Positions 23,501 to 31,947 of a stretch of 36,452 nucleotides of DNA are shown piece after piece. Numbering within the stretch: the stretch's first letter is position 1; every line of letters begins with the position of its first letter. Source of the DNA: Nemertoderma westbladi (taxonomy: Eukaryota; Animalia; Xenacoelomorpha); NCBI GenBank assembly GCA_032718475.1, contig JAUCBJ010001946.1, forward strand, positions 1-36,452. The letters run 5' to 3'. A program made the position numbers and the translations under genes. Below the pieces are notes generated by a model, which made no database searches, was not told the origin of the DNA, and saw only the letters and a list, made by a program, of their open reading frames with translations.

Positions 23501-24113
23501 TTCTCTGTCTTCTGTTCCAGTAGCCAATTTATCGACCCCAGCCTGGTGTACCACTGAGGGACGCGGTCCTTGTTGACCCGGGCGACGACCGAGCCGGTAT
23601 TTCTCCTGGAGGGTTCTCATACTCATATCTTTCAGTTGCGGGGGTAAACCGCTTGTGGTCGCAACTCCTACAAGCGTATTCGCAGTAGGTCGCCGTTGGT
23701 TGATTACCTTCCGCCGACCTTGTCAGCATGTCTAGCCGTTGGTTGATTACCTTCCGCCTATCCATGGCCTACAGCCCTGCTGCCGACTGTAGGGGTACAT
23801 TTGTTACACCCTGAACCAAGTGTGCCTCCTGGGTTAGGTTACCTAACACTGGTAGAGGAGCATCCAGTATAGACAGGGCGGGCTTGTATCATCTTTAATG
23901 CAGATGCGTATCAAGCCTTTGCCTTCAATGGTGCCCTAGGCGCTATAGCCCTCAATGACTTATTTAGTTGACGGGGCTGAACCAACCCACTCTTGATCAA
24001 CTAAATAATTAATAGGCTATGCTTATCGGGCCTGCCCTACTGGGCTGACAGCTACAGGTAGTACCACATTACTGCCATAGTGGTAGCAGGATCTGGGGAC
24101 CTGACCTGACCTG
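20579..24113 (-). mobile_element. Full-length RTE-clade LINE
   Basis: TSD ACATTTTTTA at 20569-20578 and 24114-24123; (GTCAG)n 5' end; ~490-bp 5' UTR; single APE-RT reading frame whose stop codon is the start of a (TAG)n tail. Confidence 0.9.
20585..23626 (-). pseudogene. AP endonuclease-reverse transcriptase ORF with two frameshifts (~22180, ~21160)
   Basis: APE motifs IATMNARTL, CIQEHR, GDLNA, LDYIL and SDH; RT motifs NYRGI, FVDFKKAFD, GVLQGDTLAP, FADD and YLGS; RTE-type C-terminus LRFSGHCWR...RSRGRP. Confidence 0.9.
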
Positions 24114-24282
24114 ACATTTTTTAGTACCTAATATAAAGTACTAGCTAACACAAAATCAAAATTACTAGCACCATCTTACTGTCAGAAGGTTAAATATTTG
24201 TTCTAGAACAAAAATCCTCATGATAAAAGCCATTTTCATATATGTAAAAAATTGGTCAAAAAGTGGGTACCCATAACATAGT

Positions 24283-26003
24283 GGTATTAGTATGGCCTGT
24301 GACCCCACTTTTTGATGAAAAAAACTAACTAGATAGTCTATTTAGATAGAGTCTAACTAAACTGAAAAAAACTAACTAGATAGAACGTTCTATTGCGATG
24401 TTCCAGAATGTTATTTGACAGTTGCCATGGTTACCATTTTGGAGAAAAAAGGCGTTTTAAGAATGTTAGTTTTGAAAATTTATGTACAATAAAATTGCTT
24501 AATTTTGCGTGTAAAAACCATAGTTATGAGTTTCTGGAACATTATATTCAGTCAAACCTTCAATAACAACGAAGTCAAATGTTACTGTTTTTTTCATAGC
24601 TATATCTATAATACTGCATTTTGAACAAAAAATATTTCAAGTTTAATAGCTATTAACTGTGTTGTCTGGTCATGGATAGGAAAGATGACGCCATCAGGCA
24701 CGATTATAGGAGGCCAAACTGTCACGATCCAAATATAGAGGAATTGGTTTCATATTTAAAAACGGAGGATGATGCTATTAATTACGCTCAACGACAAGGG
24801 ATGTTACCTTCTAATGATGCAATATCAGTTTGTAAAGTAGAGAATTGCGGGTTTCCTGCAAAAGTGACTCGAAGGCTACGGTATGGATATTCACGATTAG
24901 AGTGGCGTTGTACAGGCCCTAAAAGGCATCGAAGTTCATGTAGGGAGGGGACATGGTTTTCAACTAGTACGAATCTTCTTATCAAGCATATATTTTACTT
25001 GATGCATTGCTTCGTCATGAAATTGACAATGTCTGCGACGCACTGTTTCCTAGGCTAGGAGGGATAGTAGGTTATATGAATAACGCTACAATGGTTGATT
25101 GGCATAACTTTTTGCGAGAGCTGATGCGGGTAGAGATGATGGCAGCTCCTCCAATGGGTGGACTAGGAGAAGAGGTGCAAATAGACGAATCTCTATTCAG
25201 GGGAAGGAGAAAATACAATCGAGGGCGAAAGTTGTTGGGTGATCGAGTAAAGAACTCATCACGTAGGAATTACGGAAAGGCAGTAGAAGGACCGTGGATC
25301 TTTGGGTTGGTTCATAAGAAAGGGAATTCGACCGACGTACGATTATTTGAAGTGGAAAGGAGAGATCATGAGACATTGCGTCCTATTGTTGAAAGTCAGG
25401 TGAAAGGAGGTACACAAATAGTATCTGATGAGTGGGGGGCGTACTGCGGAAGGAGGGTTGGAATCACTAATAAAAGATTCCCTTGGAGTTGCAAAGACGG
25501 AAGTGGAACGTATTCGCACATCAGTGTAAAACACTGTACAAAGGGTAAAGGAAGATTCGTGAACCCTGTAAATGGCGCTCATACCCAGCGGATAGAAGGG
25601 ATGTGGGGACATGCCAAGCTAGGCTTGATGAGGAACAAGAGAGGAACCAATAAGAACCTGTTACAGAATCATCTCGCTGAATTTTGGTGGCGAAATTACA
25701 ACAGGGAGGCCCCATTCAGCAAACTGATAACACTAATAAACAATAGCGAATTATAGAAATCTGTTTAATTCAGTTCAAAAAAAAAACTAATCAATTTACA
25801 TTGTTATATTCATTAAATAACATATTCGATTAACCTTCAATAAATCATTATTTACAACACTTGGTTACCATAGCAACACAAGAAAAATGTTCCAGAATGT
25901 AGAACTTGAGTGGGGCAAACATAATACCAACGTAGCTAGTATATCATAAATTACTAGCTAGTTTTTTTCATCAAAAAGTAATGTAAAATGCAATACTAAT
26001 ACC
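24283..26003 (+). mobile_element. Merlin (IS1595/ISXO2-like) DNA transposon, 1721 bp
   Basis: Bipartite ~50-bp TIRs (GGTATTAGTAT...ACTTTTTGATGAAAAAAACTA); 8-bp TSD AACATAGT at 24275-24282 and 26004-26011. Confidence 0.92.
24672..25756 (+). pseudogene. Merlin transposase, frameshifted by a CTAGG duplication at 25050-25059
   Basis: N-terminal zinc-ribbon-like cysteines (CKVENC...WRC); VQIDES...RKYNRGR, IVSDEWGAY and HTQRIEGMW are IS1595-family DDE motifs. Confidence 0.9.
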
Positions 26004-26450
26004 AACATAGTAATACCTAATATAGCTATCACAATATTGTGTCCAACTATGTTCTAGAATTTTCTTGTATTAAAATCCTATAACACACATAAAACACAAT
26101 ACAAATAATAACAATTTTGGTACACAAGTTATACTTACCGTTCACTATTAATGTTATTATTAAATTGTGCTGCGCTTTGTGTATTCTATTCTGGAACATT
26201 AATGCTAGGTGTCCAGGTAACACATGTTGTGCCTATATTATTTTATTATTTATTTCGAATAATCATTAATCGCCGCTTTCATGGTAACCAAGTGAGCTAA
26301 CATGGATTCATAATGGTGAAAATTTGAGAGCCAATGCACGATATAGTTGTTATATAGGCCTAGGTGTTGACACATATCTCGGGGATGTTATATGCACATT
26401 TATTCTTTATTAATTATGTAGATAAATAAATAATCGTGTAATACTGGTTG

Positions 26451-26494
26451 GCGCTACTGATGAGGCCTGTTAGGCCGAAACGTGTGGATAGCGC
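26451..26494 (+). ncRNA. Type I hammerhead ribozyme, degenerate copy
   Basis: GCGCTA-CTGATGA-GGCCT/GTT/AGGCC-GAAAC-GTGT-GGA-TAGCGC; the cleavage triplet is GGA rather than NUH. Confidence 0.8.
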
Positions 26495-26765
26495 TGGTTC
26501 AACCCCCGGTGACGCGCTTTCTCATTTTTCCACTTCTGAACAAACCCATAATATTACACGTTTAATTACAGTTGCAACAGTTCATCTCCAATTTATTTTA
26601 ATTAATATCACCTGGCAGCAATACTCGAGCTGAATATTTATTTATTTGTACTTCCCTCCTGTTTCACTCTAACATACTTGTTGTTAGAGATAGGATATAT
26701 GCAACTTAAGACTGCCTGTTCAATAGAAGTGGATTAGGTGGGAGTGTGGGTGTCAGGGGCTCTAG

Positions 26766-26836
26766 TGGCTGAGCTGGTTAGCGCTACTGATGAGGCCTGT
26801 TAGGCCGAAACGTACGTATAGCGCTGGTTCAACCCC
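26766..26836 (+). promoter_or_regulatory. Putative type 2 Pol III internal promoter (A-box 26766-26777, B-box 26826-26836)
   Basis: TGGCTGAGCTGG fits TRGCNNARYNGG and GGTTCAACCCC fits GGTTCRANNCC; 48-nt spacing; T5 run at 26855-26859. Confidence 0.6.
26780..26825 (+). ncRNA. Minimal type I hammerhead ribozyme, intact core
   Basis: Stem I AGCGCTA/TAGCGCT; core CTGATGA; stem II GGCCT-GTT-AGGCC; GAAA; 2-bp stem III within the palindrome ACGTACGT; GUA triplet with predicted cleavage after 26818. Confidence 0.93.
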
Positions 26837-27013
26837 CAGTGACGCGCTTTCTAATTTTTCCACTTCTGAACAAACACATAATATTACACGTTTAATTACA
26901 GTTGCAACAGCTCATCTCCAATTTATTTGAATAAATAATCGCCGTTTCCATGGTTACCAAGTGTAAAATAAGAATATATTTATTTGAAACTATTGTTTGA
27001 CAATTATTATAAG

Positions 27014-30000
27014 AACTGAACTGAACTTACTGCTGTGTATTGTTCTGATTAAATATTAATTTATTCATTATTTTATTCAATTTTTCTAAATGGTGCCCAG
27101 TTCGCATCGTTGTTGCTCGTGTGCCCAAGGCGGCTGTAACCCCACGAGTTGTTGTGGCTGTGTCCGGGCAGGTCGACCATGCCAGAACTGCTCACCGTTA
27201 GCTGCAGGAAATTGCCGAAATCCCCGTAATGCCACCCCGCCATCCAGCGTCGGTTCAATTCCCATCCCGATTCCGGTCGCTTCCCAACCGAGGAGCTCCT
27301 CCATCGTAGGTCCGAGCCAGGCTCCAATCCCGCCATTTCCTCCTCAAACTGTGATTCCGCCAAACCAACCATCATCAGTGCCGTCCACGGCGTCAGAGAA
27401 GCTGGAGTCCGCCTTTGGAGGTGTCTAGCTAAACAGCCCCGGGTCCTCTACAGATCCCATCTGGGAATCACGTCATGCCCGTCTCGCCTGTCTTCCCGGT
27501 AGACGTTACATCGTCCCTGGAGGAAACGAGGGGCGCAAGGTGGTGGACCTCGTCACCCAGGAGGTTGAGGGACTGACGCGGGGTGACTGGCCGTCGGATC
27601 GCCCTCTTTGCCTCATCGCGTTGATCTTTCAGAGGGACCCGGATTTGGTTAAGAGTCCCGATGTGAGGAGGACCATACTAAGGCGAGTTGCGATGTGGGA
27701 ACAAGGTGAGTATGATGCGCTCCTTGCCGAAGCAGAGCGCTCCAACGCTAAGTTCCGCTCCGGATTCAACTCATCCCAAGAGAACACAGCACGCATGTTC
27801 AACCGAAAGATACTCGCCAGTATGAACCGATCCGCGGTACGAATGGTGACAGACCGGGACAGTGGGGGGGTCCTTGACCCTAACGCCCAAGCGGAGGGCC
27901 AGCCACCTGGTGTCACCGTCCGTGATGTCCTCGAGGCTAAACATCCGCCACAGATGGACGTGCCATCGGATGCCCTCGAACCTTGTCCGGACCTTCCACC
28001 CCTGGAAGATGTAGAGATCACCGGGCTGATGGTCCTCAAGGCCGCTAGGATGCTTCGCGGTAGCGCTGGACCTGTCGGAGGAGACGGCGAACTCTGGAGT
28101 GCGCTACTGACACGCCACGAGGCGCACAGCGCCCGTCTGCGTGAGGCTGTAGCCGGTTTGGCCCGTCGACTTGCCAACTCTTTGGTACCGTGGGGTGAGA
28201 TTCGGGCGCTGCGAGCGTGTCGGCTCATTGCGCTCGATAAGAAGCCTGGAGTCCGCCCAATTGGTATAGGGGAGGTCCTGTATCGTCTCCTGGCAAACTG
28301 TCTCACCTCGGAGACGAAGGCCGACCTCGTTCAGCAGTGTGGGGCCGATCAGCTGTGTGCTGGCGTCAAGGCTGGAATTGAAGGCGCTGTCCACGCAATG
28401 AACGCCATCTACGAGGAAGAAGAGACTGAGGCGATGCTCCTCGTAGATGCGAAGAACGCCTTCAACTCAGTTAGTCGCCCCGTGTCCCTCTGGAACTGCC
28501 GAGTCCTATGGCATCGTGCCTCCCGGTTCCTTTTTAATTCATATAATGGTCACGCGGCCCTCTACCTCCACGGCAGTGATGACCCGATATGGAGCCAGGA
28601 GGGTTGGACGCAGGGGGACCCCGCAGCGATGTTGGGCTATGGTTGCGCGACCCTGCCCATGGTGCGCCAGTTGCGGCAGGTCGATCCGCTATTTTCGCCA
28701 GACAACGCCACAGCTGTTGCTGACTCGGATTTTGGAACGCCACCGAGCTCCCCATCACTGTTCGATGACACCGTCATCCCAGACATGACATGTGACTCAT
28801 CTACTAGTCCACGACTCCTAGATCCCCAACCTCACATCGGCCGCCAGCGTCAGTGCTGGTACGCAGATGACTCGGCCTCTGCCGGTAAACTCGCCAAAAT
28901 ACGCCTGTGGTGGGACGAGTTGACGGGGGTCGGCCCCCAGATAGGCTACACTCCGGAGCCGACCAAGAGCTTCCTCGTCGTGAAACCAGGTTACGAGGCT
29001 GAGGCGAGGGAGTTGTTCGGTGACACGGGTGTCCAGATCGTGAGTGGCTAACCGGTTCCTTGGGGGCTTCATCGGGGAGCCCGCGGACCGTAAGGCTTTT
29101 GTGGGGGAGAAGGTAGCTGGTTGGGTGGACAGTATCAAGAAGCTCTCGACGGTCGCCAGTGAATATCCCCAGTCCGCCCAAACGGGGGTCACCTTGTGTG
29201 TCCAAGCTGAGTGGGACTACCTACTGCGCGTGGTACCGACTGCCGATGAGGAAATCGCGCCAATCCGTTCCGTTCTCCTCCAACATTTTGTACCCGCAAT
29301 CTTCGGGACTCCACTAGGCGCTGCCGATGAGGACCTCATCCTGCTCCCCGCCCGTCACGGAGGGGTCGGCTTCCGCGACCCTCTGTTGCGCCGCGACCCA
29401 GCCAGGGCAGCCTCCACTGAGGGGACGTCCCTGGTAACTGAGGCCCTACGTTCCGGCACGCCGCTCCTTGTACCCGAGCACGTCCACCAACTCAACCAAG
29501 CCCTCAAGCGATCGAGGGAAGAACAAGAGACCACGTTTATCGAGAAAAGGGATACTGCCCTGCAAAGCCTCCCTGCCCACTGACGCAGAACTGTCGAGCG
29601 GGCGGTTAATAATAAGACCGGTGGTTGGCTGACCGCCCAGCCGTCAGTACTGGACGGTACATATCTTAGTGCAGAGGAGTTACGCGATAACCTCGCGCTC
29701 CGGTACGGCCTGGTCCCTCCCGGTTTGCCAGCTACGTGTGAGGGTTGTGGGGGCGAGTTCTCCACCACCCACGCACTAAGCTGCAAGTCGGGGGGACTGG
29801 TCGTTAAAAGGCACGACGAGGTCCGGGACGTCTTCGGAGACCTTCTCTCCTCCGTTGTCGGACCTTCGAGTGTGGAGCGGGAGGTGACCCTGTCGCGGGG
29901 TCACCTGGACAGGGCCGGTTTTGTGGTCGGTGGCGTTCGGGCCGACCTGGTTGCACGTGGGGTCTGGGCTTCTCAACGGGTGGCGTCGTTCGACATTGCT

Positions 30001-30582
30001 GTATTAAATGCTGACGCCACCTCTTATGCCCAGGCCAACCGTTCAACCGAGTCGCTGCTAGACGAGCGCTGCCGCTATAAGATGCGCCACTACCGCACCG
30101 TATGTGAGGACCGGAGGATGTCATTTACCCCCCTGGTCGGAACAACAGATGGTGTCTGGTGCCGAGAGGCCCAGATACTGTTAAAACACATCGCCGAGGC
30201 TCTCGTTGCTAAACACCAAGGGATGAGGGAAAGGGGCCTCGCGTGTGTTTTGGGGGGTGTCCGGCGGCGCCTTCAATTCGCCCACCTCCGGTCCAGTTCC
30301 CTCTGCCTCCGTGGCGGACGACGATCATGGCGCGGTTTGGGGTTCGGGGATGGTGCGGGTCTGCGAGGTCACGACATCCCCGCGCAGTATTTTGGGCTCT
30401 TCATCGGCAACGCATCGGCTCTTAAGTTCAAGAAACAACTGGACGCGCTCTACACAACTGTATAAATAAATATTACTATTACTCTATAAATATTAACTCA
30501 ACATCAATTTGCAATATTTATTGTTAACTATTATTGCAAGTATAATCTATATCTTGAAAAGTTTACTGGTTATTAGGGCATG
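27014..30582 (+). mobile_element. Restriction-like-endonuclease non-LTR retrotransposon (CRE-like clade)
   Basis: GC-rich RT-RLE coding region in AT-rich surroundings; TSD AATTATTATAAG at 27002-27013 and 30583-30594 splits the right TIR of the outer element. Confidence 0.85.
27090..30465 (+). pseudogene. RT-RLE polyprotein with in-frame stops (27426, 29581) and a frameshift (~29049)
   Basis: Cys-rich N-terminus; RT motifs LIALDKKPGVRPIGIGE, VDAKNAFN, QGDP, WYADD and RFLGG; CCHC (CEGC...HALSC), RHDEVRD and RADL...FD endonuclease motifs. ORFs 27090/27540 share one frame and 29044/29725 share another. Confidence 0.88.
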
Positions 30583-31302
30583 AATTATTATAAGCAATGA
30601 TTAAAAAGCAGTATATCATCAAAAACAAAAAAAACTGGTTGCCATTGAAACGTGAAGATCTCTTGAACGAGTACGATGACCCCCATTTTTTATTTCATAA
30701 ATCAACATTACTTACTCATGTCTATGTCATTAGTACAAAATCTGAGTGGTCTCAGGGGTAGCACACTAATGTGGTTCCGTCTCTGTATAGCATTCCATGG
30801 TTGACATAACATAAAACAAATTCAATAATGCGCTGTTAGCCTATAAAAAGTTTTTCCTGATAATGTTGAGGTTGTTTGATTGCGTCGGTGATGACCCCCC
30901 TCCCCCCTACCTGACATTATACAATCAAATAACAATATTGAATGACATTTCTATTTGTGAGAAAGGACATTCTGTCAACTGTTATTCTGTACATTTACTA
31001 TACAATACAATATTATATAAATGATATGTTAATTGTTTATCGGGCGAATGTTTCTCGATGACGAAGATTTGCCCCCAAAACATTTCAGTTCGATACTGGC
31101 ATTTACCGGAATTTATGGAAGCAATGCCGTGCCAGATCTCTAGTTTAAAAAGTACATTAAACCAACCCAAAAGCGATTAATCCTCGAACCAAATCTAATA
31201 AAACTCACAATAATGGGAGGCCTCATTATTCATTATTCTTATCTATACAACTGTAGTTGTGGTTTGTGGATAACTAGTCATATTTGTCTTGCTAAATCAT
31301 CA

Positions 31303-31947
31303 TCACTTAACTGGAAACATTGGCCCATGCCCGGGCACTATCCAGTTAGCGAGCCCCTTCGCCCAGTCCCGATGCCGTTGCTGTGCGTCAACGTCCACAG
31401 AGTTTATCTTCCAACTCCCCGTTATGTCATCATTCTCTTCCTCGAACAAATCCCCGGCCACAATCACAACTCCTCTATCAGCAGTCTCCACTACAACGCT
31501 CGTGTGCTGTAAGGTGTGCCCCGGTGTCGGCCATACAGTAACACGGCTACCCAATGGCAAGGAGAGACCCCCGTCGAAATCATGACAATGATAAATGTCT
31601 CTGTAGTTAATGTCGTAACCGATAAAATGAACAGCATTGAGAAACAAATTAAGATTTCCTATATGATCTGAGTGTCCGTGAGTTCCAACCACGTGGGTTA
31701 TATCTAGGGGTGTGAGACCTTCATTGTGTAAAAGTGCTATTAATTTCGGAGCGAACCAAGGATGACCGCAGTCAATAAGGATTACTGCATCGTCTACCAT
31801 CGTCGCCCGATCGCTAAACAGTGGAACAGATGCTCCCGATAATTTATCTTTTACTAATGTTATAGATGAGTTAGCTGTGAATTTATCACTTGAATCTTCA
31901 TTCTTGGTAGTGCAATAACCGCTCGATATAACCTTTAAAACTGCCAT
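31303..31947 (-). CDS. MBLAC1: Metallo-beta-lactamase domain-containing protein 1-like, single exon (214 aa from the ATG)
   Basis: ILIDCG, THGHSDHIGNLNLF (HxHxDH), TPGHT, AGDLF and IVPGHGPMF match the MBLAC1 family. Confidence 0.88.
   Translation of the reverse strand: MAVLKVISSGYCTTKNEDSSDKFTANSSITLVKDKLSGASVPLFSDRATMVDDAVILIDCGHPWFAPKLIALLHNEGLTPLDITHVVGTHGHSDHIGNLNLFLNAVHFIGYDINYRDIYHCHDFDGGLSLPLGSRVTVWPTPGHTLQHTSVVVETADRGVVIVAGDLFEEENDDITGSWKINSVDVDAQQRHRDWAKGLANWIVPGHGPMFPVK

Larger units (their letters stand above)
26437..26929 (+). mobile_element. Retrozyme-like non-autonomous retroelement: ~1.5 tandem units of 330 bp with hammerhead motifs
   Basis: Direct repeat 26444-26602 / 26774-26932 at an offset of exactly 330; TSD AATAAATAATCG at 26425-26436 and 26930-26941; no credible ORF. 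Confidence 0.8.
17523..30799. mobile_element. Long-TIR non-autonomous DNA transposon (P/Galileo-like), expanded to 13.3 kb by nested insertions
   Basis: Outer ~60 bp form a perfect inverted repeat (CATGGAATGCTATACAGAGACGGAACC...). 7-bp TSD GTTGACA at 17516-17522 and 30800-30806. TIR similarity continues to ~300 bp once nested inserts are removed (18291-18533 vs 30595-30720, 26942-27013 and 26419-26436). Confidence 0.8.

Noticed and set aside
19526-26017. A single MITE enclosing the RTE and Merlin elements
   Set aside because: The ends are inverted relatives but no TSD was found, so they may be two independent copies.
26448-26633. 61-aa ORF over the hammerhead
   Set aside because: Non-ATG start, no motifs, and the sequence is explained by RNA structure.
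26756-26847. A genuine tRNA gene, with or without an intron
   Set aside because: No proper 7-bp acceptor stem, an 8-nt T-loop and no anticodon loop; reported instead as a tRNA-like Pol III module.
27073-30469. Many antisense and alternate-frame ORFs in the GC-rich region
   Set aside because: Expected shadow ORFs of the GC-rich RT-RLE coding sequence; the same applies to ORFs overlapping the Gypsy, RTE, SLC6 and MBLAC1 frames.
24672-31947. Bacterial origin or contamination (IS1595-like transposase, beta-lactamase fold)
   Set aside because: Both match eukaryotic families (Merlin, MBLAC1) and are embedded among LINEs, a Helitron remnant and an apparently intron-containing Rab gene.
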